64,000 nucleotides of DNA, from the NCBI RefSeq assembly GCF_000142905.1, contig NW_013657623.1:183337-247336 (forward strand). The letters run 5' to 3'. Of this stretch, positions 10,178 to 20,564 are shown one piece after another; the stretch's first letter is position 1; each line of letters opens with the position of its first letter. Under the pieces are notes generated by a model. The model ran no database searches, was not told where the DNA came from, and was given only the letters and a program-made list of their open reading frames with translations. This DNA comes from Thecamonas trahens ATCC 50062 (lineage: Eukaryota; Protista; Apusomonadida). The translations under genes were made by a program, and so were the position numbers.

Positions 10178-13024
10178 TCAAGCCTCCTGCGCCTGGACCG
10201 CAAGCCAGGCCGAGACGGCGGCGCCGTCGCGCTCGATCCACTGCAGGCGGGCGGTGACCTCCTCGACGGCCTGCTTGAGCGGGCGCTCATAGGAGGAGAC
10301 GTCGCGGGCGGCGAAGAAAGCGTTGGCGGCGTCGAGGGCGTCCTGGGTGGTGAGCGAGCCGACAACCATCTTGACGATGCGGGCGAGGAGGAAGGCGCCC
10401 TGGAACTTGGCCTCGAGGGCGTCAAAGTTGGAGGAGACGTAGTCCCAGACGACGGCGCGGCCGACAGCCGAGCCAAGGAGCGAGCCGACGACGTAGAAGA
10501 GGTCCTGGTTGCGGACGTCGCCAGACTCTGCGGCCCAGACGGCGACCTTGTGGGCGAGGTCACGGGTGGGCACACCGCCGATGGCGGAGAGGAGAACGAC
10601 CTTGGTGTCCTGCGAAGTGGCGGCGTTGTATTCGGCGACGAGCTTGTTGTGCATGGCGGCGGCGTCGTCGGGCGAGGCGACCGAGAGGAGGGCCCAGTAG
10701 ACCGACGACTGCAGGTCTGGGTGGACGGTGCCGGCGTCGAAGCGGGCCTTGGCCTCGTCGACGACCGAGGCGACGTTGGCGCGGATGGCGCGCGAGAGAG
10801 CGAGCGGGCGCAGCTGCGAGTCCTGGTATGACTCGCCCGGCGACTTTGCCCATCCGAGCTTGGCGGCGAGCGGGGCAAAGAGGCGGCCGTAGACGGTGCG
10901 GAGGCCGGCGAGGTCGGCGTCCGAGGTCCAGGCCTTGGCGACGGCCGAGAGCGAGGATGCGATGTCAGCCCAGACAATGTACTCGGACTCGGCGGAGCCG
11001 ACGGCGGCGATGAGGTCGAGGGCGAGCGGGGTCGAGCCGTAGCCGGCGGCAGCGAGGGCAAAGGCGTCGTTGACGAGGCCAACGCGGTCGACGGGCGAGA
11101 GGGCGGCGAGGGCGTCCGACGACGAGAGGAGGGCGATGCTTTCGGCGTCGTAGGCGACGCGGTAAAAGCCGACCTGGCCTTGGTTGAGCTTGACCCAGGC
11201 GTCGGCGGCGACGGCGATCTCGCCTGTGGCGGCAGTGAGGAGGTCCTCGGACGCCGCGGCCGGGTCTGCACCCGAGACGGCGCGGAGCGGGATGTTCCAC
11301 TCGGGGGCGGCGACAGGGGTAGCGGCCGGGCGGCCGGTGGAGAGGAAGCGCTCCTGGGTGACGGCGAGGGTGGTCGGCGAGGTGCGGGAGACCGAGACGA
11401 CCGGGTAACCAACGGCGTTAACCCAGGTGTTCATCAGACCCGGAACGTCCTTGCCCGAGGCGGCGGAGAGGCAGGCCCAAAGGTCCTCGGTCTTGGTGTT
11501 GCCGTAGGCAAACTTGGCGACGTAGTCGCGCATGCCGGCGCGGAAGGTCTCCTCGCCCAGGTAGGCGACGAGCATGCGGACAACGGCAGAGCCCTTGCAG
11601 TACGAGATGGCGTCAAAGATCTCGTCGACCTTGTTCGGGTTCTCGATGGCGACCTCGATGGGGTGCGACGACTCGAGGGCGTCGAGCTCGAGGGCACGCT
11701 GGAAGTCGTTGACCACGTACTGGTTCCACACCTGCCACTCAGGGAAGAAAGCGTGTGTGGCGGCCCAGCCGACGTAGGTGGCAAAGGCCTCGTTGAGGTA
11801 GAGGTACGTCCACGAGTCCATGGTCACAAGGTTGCCGAACCATTGGTGGGCGAGCTCGTGGCCGACAACGTACGCCAGGCGCTGCTTGATCGACGCGGGC
11901 GTCGTCTCCTCGTTGTACAGAAGCAGGACCGAGCGGTACGTGACGAGACCCCAGTTCTCCATGGCGCCGGCGGCAAAGTCGGGGATGGCCACCATGTCGA
12001 GCTTGGGCAGCGGGTACTCCTTGGCGTAGTAGTCCTGGTAAAAGTCGAGGACCTTGACGCCAACGTCAAGAGCGAAGCGGCCCTGGTCGGCGAGGCCGAC
12101 CGGAGTGTAGACGCGGACGGCAATGTTGCCGATCTGGGTGTGCGCCTCGACGTAGTCGAGCTCGCCCACCACAAACGCCAGCAGATACGTCGACATGATC
12201 GGCGAGGTGGCAAAGGTCACCGTCCGCTTGCCCGCGGCCTCGTCGAGAGTCTCGGACACAATGTTCATGTTCGAGAGCGCGACGCGATCGGCCGGCACAA
12301 CGAGCGTGACGTCAAAGGTCGCCTTGAGCGCTGGCTCGTCAAAGCACGGGAACGCCCGCCGGGCGTCGGTCGCCTCAAACTGCGTCACCGCCATGTACCG
12401 CTCCTCGCCGGTCCCGTCGGCCTTGGAGTTGTACTTGGACCGGTAGAAGCCGGCCATCTGGTCGTTAAGCACGCCGTCGTAGGTGAACGCCAGCACACCG
12501 TCGGCGCCAGCCTTGGCACCTTCGCCCGCGAGCTCGATTGTCAGCTGCTCGAGCGTCTCGTCGTACGAGTGCGACGCCGCAGCCTCGCCGTTGTAGCTCA
12601 CGCTGTGGATGGTCAGCTCCTTGGCGTGGACCACAATCGTCTGCGAGTCGGCCGACGAGTTCACCTTGATCTCGCACTTGCCCGCAAAGGTAAACGCCTC
12701 AAGATCCGGCGTCAGGTGGACCGAGTAGTGCGACGGCAGCGTGTGCGTCGGCAGAAAGAACGCAGCAGAGTCAGCCACTGGAGACGTGGGGCGAGCCGCA
12801 ACGACGTCATCAGTCCGGCCAGCAACAGCAGTTACAGCATGAGCATGACCACCACCATCGCCACCATGGTCAGTGACCCCAACATCATGATGGCCCCCAC
12901 CATCGGTTCCGCCATGAGGCCCAGGACGGGTGTCATCATGACCGGCCAGACCCCACAGGTCGCGTTCGACGAAAACCAAAGCAAACGCCACAACGACGAC
13001 AGCGACCGAAAGCACCGACACCAT
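10178..13024 (-). CDS. M1 family (puromycin-sensitive-like) aminopeptidase with an N-terminal hydrophobic anchor
   Basis: [41 protein letters not shown] (HExxH-x18-E), ISYCKG, ERAP1-like C-terminal domain. Start placed at [12 protein letters not shown]; the start is uncertain. Confidence 0.92.
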   Translation of the reverse strand: MVSVLSVAVVVVAFALVFVERDLWGLAGHDDTRPGPHGGTDGGGHHDVGVTDHGGDGGGHAHAVTAVAGRTDDVVAARPTSPVADSAAFFLPTHTLPSHYSVHLTPDLEAFTFAGKCEIKVNSSADSQTIVVHAKELTIHSVSYNGEAAASHSYDETLEQLTIELAGEGAKAGADGVLAFTYDGVLNDQMAGFYRSKYNSKADGTGEERYMAVTQFEATDARRAFPCFDEPALKATFDVTLVVPADRVALSNMNIVSETLDEAAGKRTVTFATSPIMSTYLLAFVVGELDYVEAHTQIGNIAVRVYTPVGLADQGRFALDVGVKVLDFYQDYYAKEYPLPKLDMVAIPDFAAGAMENWGLVTYRSVLLLYNEETTPASIKQRLAYVVGHELAHQWFGNLVTMDSWTYLYLNEAFATYVGWAATHAFFPEWQVWNQYVVNDFQRALELDALESSHPIEVAIENPNKVDEIFDAISYCKGSAVVRMLVAYLGEETFRAGMRDYVAKFAYGNTKTEDLWACLSAASGKDVPGLMNTWVNAVGYPVVSVSRTSPTTLAVTQERFLSTGRPAATPVAAPEWNIPLRAVSGADPAAASEDLLTAATGEIAVAADAWVKLNQGQVGFYRVAYDAESIALLSSSDALAALSPVDRVGLVNDAFALAAAGYGSTPLALDLIAAVGSAESEYIVWADIASSLSAVAKAWTSDADLAGLRTVYGRLFAPLAAKLGWAKSPGESYQDSQLRPLALSRAIRANVASVVDEAKARFDAGTVHPDLQSSVYWALLSVASPDDAAAMHNKLVAEYNAATSQDTKVVLLSAIGGVPTRDLAHKVAVWAAESGDVRNQDLFYVVGSLLGSAVGRAVVWDYVSSNFDALEAKFQGAFLLARIVKMVVGSLTTQDALDAANAFFAARDVSSYERPLKQAVEEVTARLQWIERDGAAVSAWLAVQAQEA

Positions 13025-13916
13025 GACCCATTCCCGGCTGTAAGTGCTGCTGCGAGGTCTCCCTCTGTCCCCCTCCAGCATTGCCCTCTTGTTGCACACG
13101 TACTGGTTGCTTGTAATGGCAGAGTGGGGTGCGCCGCTCCCCTGCCTTGGCTCTCGCCACGCTCCTCGCAACCCGCCCTGCCCCTCACCTCGCCACGTGA
13201 CCTCACCCGCTCGCGTTCATGGCCGGCCGATGACTCGCTTTTTTCTTTTTTTTTCTCGTCTACCTTGTCACCTGCCGCACTCAATCTCGCGCTATTGCCA
13301 TCCGATGGGTGCGATCCGATGGGTGCGATAGGGGTATCTGAGACAATGTGCGGCGGCTTGGGCATGCGACGGTTGTGGGCAGAAGTGAACAGCAGTGCAG
13401 CTTGAGGCCACCGATTTGGGTCCGTCACGCGTTTCGGACCAAACGGCCAAAACCAAATGTCGCGATGCCTCTCTACACTGCTTGCTTGTCATCCAACCCT
13501 GCTCGCCAAACACACCTGGAACTAGTACGGCCTGAATGTGCACGCTGCCCCTCCCCTGGAGCAGCAACTTGCCACAGTCCCCACAATCTCCAACACCCAA
13601 GTATTCCACCCTCTTGTAGGGATCGGTGTGGCATTTTCCGTCCAAAAAAGTGATCACCACGATCCATTTTCCGTCACGCTGGATGCCTCCGCTCTGCCCT
13701 TGCCCTTGCCCAGCAGCTTTGCCAGCCCTGCGCGCCCCTCCTCCTCCTCTATGACGTTACCTTGTTTCATGCCATCCCGATGGCTTCTCTGGTTGGATTT
13801 GATGCCTTTATTTTCTGTCGTGCATGGACGGAAAAGGCAGACGAGGCGGCGGCGAGCAAACAAAGTCGCGCCTCGCTGCCACAGCCCAGCACTCGACTTG
13901 GACACTCAAGGTGCGC

Positions 13917-15251
13917 ATGGTCGGGGCATGGCGACGACGCAGGTGGGCGGTGATGGGCGCAGCAATGGCGCTTGTCTGCACCAGCTTGCTCGTTCTCGAC
14001 CCCGGGATGCCAGTCAATCTCCAGCGCGAGCTCGTCCACCGCACCGTGCCACGGGCTGTGCGGACCGTCCGCGGCGTGGGCGGACGATGTGAGGCACGGC
14101 GGGGCAATGCGATGCGGCAGCCGCATCGCATCGTTTTTGCCACACCGTTTTTCGGCGGCGAGTATGGGCCGGCCTCGCGGATGTTCCACGGCGCGGCGTG
14201 GGACGGCGGCGACGGGCGGTGCGAGGTGATCGATGCGGCCGGAGTGAGCGGCGATGTGATCGCCTCGGCCGACGTGGTGGTCTTCCATGCCTTTGACATC
14301 GACTCGAGGCAGCTGCCGACTACGCGGCACTGCGACCAAGCGTGGTTGCTGTGGAACCTCGAGCCGCCGCACAAGTACGAGGTGCGTGCGTCGATCGAGG
14401 TTGATCTGCGGCGCCAGGCCGACGCCGCGCTTTTCCAGCTCCACGCCAACTACCGGCTCGACGCCGATGTGGCGCTGCCGTATCTCGGTGAGCGCGGCGT
14501 GCTTGATCGAGTCCGGACCGCGCTGCAGACGGCTGTGGATCTGGAAGCTGTCGCTGCCAAGCTGGAGTGGGCGGTGTCAGGGCCGGGTGCGCCGGCCTTC
14601 TTCCTCGCCTCCAACTGCCACGCGTTGAACGGGCGCGACGAGTACGTCGCCGAGCTTGCCAAGCACATCGGCGTCCACTCGTGGGGCCGATGCGTTCCGA
14701 GCGATGCGGCGGAGCTGGCACGGACAGGCCTCGCACACAATCGACACGCGCCGGGCTTCAAGGAGAGCCTGCTTGACGCGTATCCGTTTGTGCTTGCCTT
14801 TGAGAACTCGGCGGCCGAGTCGTACGTGACCGAAAAGTGGCATCAGGGTCTGGCAGCACCGACGACAGTGCCAATTGTGCTGGGTGCGCCCAACATAGCC
14901 GCCTTTGCGCCGTCATCGGCTGTCTACCTCGACGCGTCGGCCTACCCATCGCCAGCGGATCTGGCCACGGCCATGCGTGCGCTCCTCGTCTCGCCACGGG
15001 CGTTTGCGGCTGCCCTTGTCAGCGATCGCACAACATGCTCGCCAACATTTGACACACTCTGGGGCTGTCGCGCGCCTGCAACTGCACGTCACCTCGCTGG
15101 CGGCCTCACCCAGCTCTGCAATCTGCTCGATCGCCACACTCATGACTGGACGGAATACCTCGGGCAGCGCGAAGCGGATCCGGTCATGCTTGCTGATCTC
15201 GAGGCGCCCGACGCCGTCGCCTGCATCTCTTGCACTGTCAACAAAGCTTGA
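13917..15251 (+). CDS. Alpha-1,3-fucosyltransferase (GT10)
   Basis: Type II TM anchor; ADVVVFH, WNLEPP, NYRLDADV, FLASNC..R; GT10 motif YPFVLAFENS...YVTEKW; VPIVLG. Confidence 0.88.
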   Translation: MVGAWRRRRWAVMGAAMALVCTSLLVLDPGMPVNLQRELVHRTVPRAVRTVRGVGGRCEARRGNAMRQPHRIVFATPFFGGEYGPASRMFHGAAWDGGDGRCEVIDAAGVSGDVIASADVVVFHAFDIDSRQLPTTRHCDQAWLLWNLEPPHKYEVRASIEVDLRRQADAALFQLHANYRLDADVALPYLGERGVLDRVRTALQTAVDLEAVAAKLEWAVSGPGAPAFFLASNCHALNGRDEYVAELAKHIGVHSWGRCVPSDAAELARTGLAHNRHAPGFKESLLDAYPFVLAFENSAAESYVTEKWHQGLAAPTTVPIVLGAPNIAAFAPSSAVYLDASAYPSPADLATAMRALLVSPRAFAAALVSDRTTCSPTFDTLWGCRAPATARHLAGGLTQLCNLLDRHTHDWTEYLGQREADPVMLADLEAPDAVACISCTVNKA

Positions 15252-15340
15252 GATGTATTGTTCTCCGCCTCCTCCCCCCGCTCCGCACCACCAGCCCCCA
15301 CCCTCCGCGATCCCTTCACCCGTGACCGCCCACCCCACTA

Positions 15341-15440
15341 NNNNNNNNNNNNNNNNNNNNNNNNNNNNNNNNNNNNNNNNNNNNNNNNNNNNNNNNNNNN
15401 NNNNNNNNNNNNNNNNNNNNNNNNNNNNNNNNNNNNNNNN
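15341..15440. other. Assembly gap (100 N)
   Basis: Run of n. Confidence 1.
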
Positions 15441-15573
15441 CGGAAAAAATTGCGGACATGGTTCGCAAAGATGCGAGAGTTGTAGCCGAGGACAGGACCT
15501 CAACTTTCCCCCCCACCCCCCCCACTCCCCCACTCCCCCATCCCCTATCCCCCCCCACCGTATCACAAACACC

Positions 15574-17688
15574 ATGTTCCGCATAGCCTCGCTGGCAAGA
15601 ACATGCCCCCCACAGACAGGCCTCTTCCCCGTGGCTGGACTGGCATGGCGCTGGAGTGTGGCAGGCGGTAGCTGGCGTGGCTACGCGACAGCCGCTGCCG
15701 GCGGAGCAGGCGACGACGAGCAGGCCAAGAAGGAGGGCAAGCCAGAGACGAAGGCGGCGATGGGCAAGGCGGGAGGAGTCGGCAGAGGAAAGGACGGAGA
15801 GAGCTCGGACATGAAGATCGTGAGCAGACTGCTGCCCTATCTTTGGCCCAAGGACTCCAAGGCGCTCCGGACTCGGGTCGCCTTCTCGCTCGCCTGCCTC
15901 CTCGGCGGCAAGGTGCTCAACGTCCAGGTTCCGATTCTTTTCAAGACGGCGGTAGACAGGCTGTCCGAGATGAGCGCGGCAACGAGTGCTGCGGCGAGTG
16001 CTGCTGTGGGCGATGCTGCTGCTGCTGCGGCTGCGGCAGCGCCGGAGATGATGGTGGCGGCGCCGATGGCGGTGCTGCTCGGGTACGGCGCGGCACGGAC
16101 GGCGGCGTTTGGACTCTCTGAGCTCCGCTCGGCGGTGTTTGCCACGGTAACACAGTCTGCCATCCGGTCGATTGCGCTGCGGACGTTCAAGCACCTCCAC
16201 GCCATGGACCTCTCGTACCACCTCGGGCGGCAGACTGGGGCGCTGGCGCGGTCGATCGAGCGCGGCTCGCGTGGTATTAACTTTCTGCTCTCGGCCATTC
16301 TCTTCAACATTGCGCCGACGCTGTTTGAGATCTCGCTGGTGTGCGGCATTCTCTGGTCGCAGTTTGGCGCCGAGTACGCCGCCGTGACGGTGGCGACCAT
16401 GTCGGCGTACACCGCGTTCACCTTTGGCATCACCTCGTGGCGGACCAAGTTCCGCAAGCAGATGAACGCTGCTGACTCGGAGGCCGGGACCAAGGTCATC
16501 GACTCGCTCATCAACTACGAGACGGTCAAGTACTTTACCAACGAGGACCACGAGGCGAAGCGTTACGATGCTGCGCTGGCAAAGTACGAGACGGCGGCGG
16601 TGAAGACCTCGCAGTCACTGGCAGGGCTCAACTTTGGCCAGTCGGCCATCTTCTCCGTCGCGCTCACCACCATGATGGTGATGGCCGGCAACGGGGTCGC
16701 CGCCGGCGACATGACCGTCGGCGACCTCGTCATGGTCAACGGCCTCCTCTTCCAGCTCTCACTCCCGCTCAACTTCCTCGGCTCAGTCTATCGCGAGATG
16801 CGCCAGGCGCTGGTCGACATGGAGACCATGTTTGGCCTCCTCGACGTCCAGCCCAAGATTGCCGATGCGCCCGACGCCGTGGCGTACACCGCGCCGGCGA
16901 CCGGCGCGCCCGGCGAGCTTGTTTTCTCGGACGTCAAGTTCTCGTACGTTGACGGCAAGCCGCTGCTGAACGGCGTCTCGTTCACCGCGCCGGCAGGCTC
17001 CAAGGTCGCCATCGTCGGCGGCTCGGGCTCGGGCAAGTCGACCATCCTGCGCCTCCTCTTCCGCATGTTTGACCCCGAGTCGGGCTCGATCACGCTCGAC
17101 GGCCAGCCGCTGGCCAAGCTCAAGCTCCACGACCTGCGGTCGCTCTTTGGCGTCATTCCGCAGGACACGGTCCTGTTCAATGACACCATCCGCTACAACA
17201 TCGGCTACGGCGACCTGGGCGCGTCGCAGGCCGACATCGAGGCTGCCGCGTCGGCCGCACAGATCCACGACGCCATCCTCGCCATGCCCAACGGGTACGA
17301 CACCGTCGTCGGCGAGCGCGGCCTCAAGCTCTCCGGCGGCGAGAAGCAGCGGGTCGCCATTGCGCGGACGCTGCTGAAGAATCCGGTCATCCTCCTCTCC
17401 GACGAGGCCACCTCGGCGCTCGACTCCAAGACCGAGGCCCAGATCGCGGCGCTCTCGTCGTCGGTCGGCACCGGCGCCGGCCGGACCGAAATCGTTGTCG
17501 CCCACCGGCTCTCCACCGTCGTCGACGCCGACAAAATCATTGTCCTCCGTGACGGCCGTGTTGCCGAGTCGGGTTCGCACCACGAGCTCGTTGCCCGCGG
17601 CGGCGAGTATGCTTCCATGTGGGAGCGCCAGGCGTCGGTTATCGACGATCTCGCTGCCGCGCCTGCCTCGGCGCCGTCGCCGGCGTGA
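15574..17688 (+). CDS. ATM1: Mitochondrial ABC half-transporter ATM1/ABCB7
   Basis: Mitochondrial presequence-like N-terminus; YLWPK, KVLNVQVP, DSLINYETVKYF, PLNFLGSVYRE; Walker A GGSGSGKST; signature LSGGEKQR; DEATSALD. Confidence 0.95.
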   Translation: MFRIASLARTCPPQTGLFPVAGLAWRWSVAGGSWRGYATAAAGGAGDDEQAKKEGKPETKAAMGKAGGVGRGKDGESSDMKIVSRLLPYLWPKDSKALRTRVAFSLACLLGGKVLNVQVPILFKTAVDRLSEMSAATSAAASAAVGDAAAAAAAAAPEMMVAAPMAVLLGYGAARTAAFGLSELRSAVFATVTQSAIRSIALRTFKHLHAMDLSYHLGRQTGALARSIERGSRGINFLLSAILFNIAPTLFEISLVCGILWSQFGAEYAAVTVATMSAYTAFTFGITSWRTKFRKQMNAADSEAGTKVIDSLINYETVKYFTNEDHEAKRYDAALAKYETAAVKTSQSLAGLNFGQSAIFSVALTTMMVMAGNGVAAGDMTVGDLVMVNGLLFQLSLPLNFLGSVYREMRQALVDMETMFGLLDVQPKIADAPDAVAYTAPATGAPGELVFSDVKFSYVDGKPLLNGVSFTAPAGSKVAIVGGSGSGKSTILRLLFRMFDPESGSITLDGQPLAKLKLHDLRSLFGVIPQDTVLFNDTIRYNIGYGDLGASQADIEAAASAAQIHDAILAMPNGYDTVVGERGLKLSGGEKQRVAIARTLLKNPVILLSDEATSALDSKTEAQIAALSSSVGTGAGRTEIVVAHRLSTVVDADKIIVLRDGRVAESGSHHELVARGGEYASMWERQASVIDDLAAAPASAPSPA

Positions 17689-17893
17689 TGGTACACACCC
17701 TCTACGGCACATCACCACAAACTCGCTACACCACTGGCACAACCCACGCCGACGGGAGTGTGCGTTACGCAACGATGATGAACCGGCCTGGAACCACCAT
17801 TGATTCAACGATTAATTCAACGAGTGAGTTATTGTTAGCTGGCGGCCTTTCTTCACGCTTTTGATCGTTACGCCTTTGTGTGACAGGACCCAA

Positions 17894-17972
17894 CAAACAA
17901 ATGAACGAACAAACGAACGAACAAACGAACGAACGAACGAACGAACTGAAGCGAACGAACCGAAGCGAACGA
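17894..17972 (+). repeat. (AACG)n microsatellite
   Basis: Imperfect aacg/aaca array upstream of the 18053 gene. Confidence 0.85.
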
Positions 17973-18052
17973 AAAATATTCGATGGTCTCCGTCATCAGG
18001 CGAGCAGCAAGGCAGCAGGCAGGGCGAGGGTACACTCAACTCTCCCTTCACC

Positions 18053-20312
18053 ATGGCCAAGGGCAAGAAGAGCAAGGACTACTCGTACGGTTCGTACGAC
18101 GACTACAACTACGATGCCGACGGAACCTGGTTCCGCACCTGGGGCAACGACTGCTGTGTCGGCTGGCAGCGGATCTTCCTCTTTGTCACCGGCGTCCTCT
18201 TTTTCATCGTCGCCGTTTACCAGGCTTCCCATGCCGGTGACTACATCAACCGCAACATGAAGAGCACCGACTCCACCAAGGCGAACGCCATCTCCTCGGA
18301 GGTCATCTCGTTTGCTGAGGGTGGCTCCCTTGTTTCCGCTGCCGCCGCTGTACGCTCCCTCCCTCCCTCTCCCTTCCCCTGCCCCTGTCCCAGCTGACCT
18401 GACCCAGTTCGTTTCCCCCCCTTGCTAACCCCCCCCCCCCCTCCCACCACCACTACCCGGACGGTTCGTCCTTCTCCACTTGCCCCTACAGTCCCTACAG
18501 CCCCAGCAGTCCCTGCGGCCCCTGCAAGAACCCCCCCCTCCCCCTCCCCCTTCCCTGCTCTGCTCTACACGGCAAAAAACTTCCGTTGGCGCCAGGCAAC
18601 CAACCAATCGATCACCCCCACCTCCTCCTCCCTCCTCCCTCCCCCCTCTCCCCCCACCACTGCCCCCACCACTGCCCCCACCACTGCCCCCACTCTTTCC
18701 TTTCCCTTCACCATTCTGTTCCTTCCTCCTTCCCTCTCTCTCTCCCACCCTCCCTCCCTCCCCCCCCCCCCCACCCCTGTTTTCTCCTCTGTCCCGCACT
18801 CGCCCGTGGGTGGCCTTTTTTTCTCCTGCCACGGCCAGCTCCGCCACCACTCACCACAAACCACAACCTCTGCCTTTTGGACTGCTTGCACAGATCGCGA
18901 TTGTTTGGCATGTGCTCAAGTGGAACGTTGCCTCGCGCCACATGACCAACGTTCTTGTCTGCCTCTCGCTCGGGATCCAGATTGCCTGCGTCGGTTTCTT
19001 CTCGCGCCAGATGAAGGACAACAAGCCGTCGTCTGGCGATGGCGACCTCGATGCTGCTATCACGGGCGCCGGTGCCGCGTCTGTGGTCAACGCCGGTCTC
19101 TCGATCTTTGCGCTGGTCTTCCTCCAGCTCTTCGCGGCCGACTTTATGTCCGCCCAGGGCCAGACCAACTGCTGCGACAACATGGGCTGCGCCACCTCGA
19201 ACGACTGCGCCTGCGACTGCGGCTGCTTCGGCTGCACCGGTGGCCGGCTTATTGTCTTTGTGACCGGCATTCTGGCCATTGTTGTGGCCGTCGCCCGTGT
19301 CGGCAACTACGCGTCGATTGTGTCGGACCTCTTTGACAGCAAGACCGTCGTTGGCAACCACACGGCCGATGAGCTGTACGGCAACTACGCGATTGCGCTC
19401 ATCCTCAACCTTGCTGTCCCCGGCATTGTTCTCCTCCACGCCTTTGTGTGGAACGTCAACTCGCAGACGGCGGTGCTTGTTATCGGCTTTGCCGGCATCA
19501 TCAACGACGCCTGGTCGTTTGTCTACTCGTCGGTCTTCCTCAAGGAGGAGAAGCCGGCCAGTGGCGCTGACAACGACGATCGCCTTGTCTCCCTGGCCTC
19601 GCTCGCCATCGTCTCGCTCGCTTTCTCGATTGCCAACTGGGTTCTGGTCTGGTTCTTCTCGGACAACTTCTTCAAGCATGACGTCGAGGAGGACGAGTCC
19701 GAGGAGGAGGAGGAGTGCTGCGACACCATGTGCTACTGGATCGGCCGCTCGACTGCGCGCCTCATCCTCTTTGTGCTCCTTGCTGTCGGCCTTGTCATCT
19801 ACATTGTCCGCTTCGGCATTGCCGGCGACCTCCAGTCGCGCATCCACGACAGCGAGCTCGACTCGTCCAAGGCCGCGCCCAAGGGCAATGCCGCGTCGCG
19901 CTTCCTCACCTCCACCTCGCTCTACGGTGCCCCGATGGGTGCTGCGGTCACCTTCTTCATTGGCCTCGGCCACATGTGGTTCTGGAACCGCACCACGGCC
20001 ATCGCTACCTCGGCCGCGTTCATGATCCTCTTTGTCTCGGACATTGCCTCGGCTGGCTACGGCTTCAAGCAGACGCAGCTGTACAACAAGAACAAGGACA
20101 CCAGCCCCAAGCCCGACGACAAGTACGTCTCGCTCGAGTCGTTTGCTTTCATCTCGTCCGTCATTGCCCTCATCGTCTTTGTCGTTGCCATCTTCTTCTC
20201 GTGCGGCTTCAACAAGGCCGACCGCGGCGAGCTCCGCGCCGGCCACGTCGACGACTCGGAGGCCTCGGGCGACGAGTACACCTACGCTACCGCCGACGAC
20301 TACTCGTACTAA
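18053..20312 (+). CDS. ~12-TM membrane protein built from three AWPM-19-like repeats; exons 18053-18349 and 18894-20312, ~571 aa
   Basis: Intron GTACGC(18350)..CAG(18893), phase 0. Three 4-TM units, each preceded by a Cys cluster and containing (G/A)N..H-x3-WN..K. The third unit reads GNAASRF..MGAA..GLGHMWFWN..AGYGFKQ..LESFAFI. Confidence 0.75.
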
Positions 20313-20564
20313 GCCATCTGCAGGTGTCGTATGCTCTTGTCCGCCGTCGTGGAGCGCCGGTCCTCGGTGCTCCACTGCGATAAACGCTTGCATGCAATGC
20401 CTCCCTGCCCGCCCGCCAGACACAGCCTTGCCCGCCCCGTCACCCTGTCCCCATCCGTGACATGTGCGCTCCCCACCATTCGCCACGTGACTGGTGAAGG
20501 TTGTGATCACGGCTGCGATCACCGCCACCTCACCCCCCCCCCCCCCCCATCCCCCTCCACCGCC

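Noticed and set aside
11180-13405. Long antisense or alternative-frame ORFs (e.g. 11180-13405 +, 18708-21743 -, 4518-6557 -, 5224-6561 +, 44608-46623 -, 54297-56240 -, 56057-58030 -)
   Set aside because: Shadow ORFs of real genes caused by high GC3; no recognisable motifs.
14905-15573. N-terminal extensions of ORF-track entries running through N-gaps (ATM1, the DOCK-like gene, RABGGTA)
   Set aside because: Artefacts of translating through N runs and low-complexity UTR or intron sequence.
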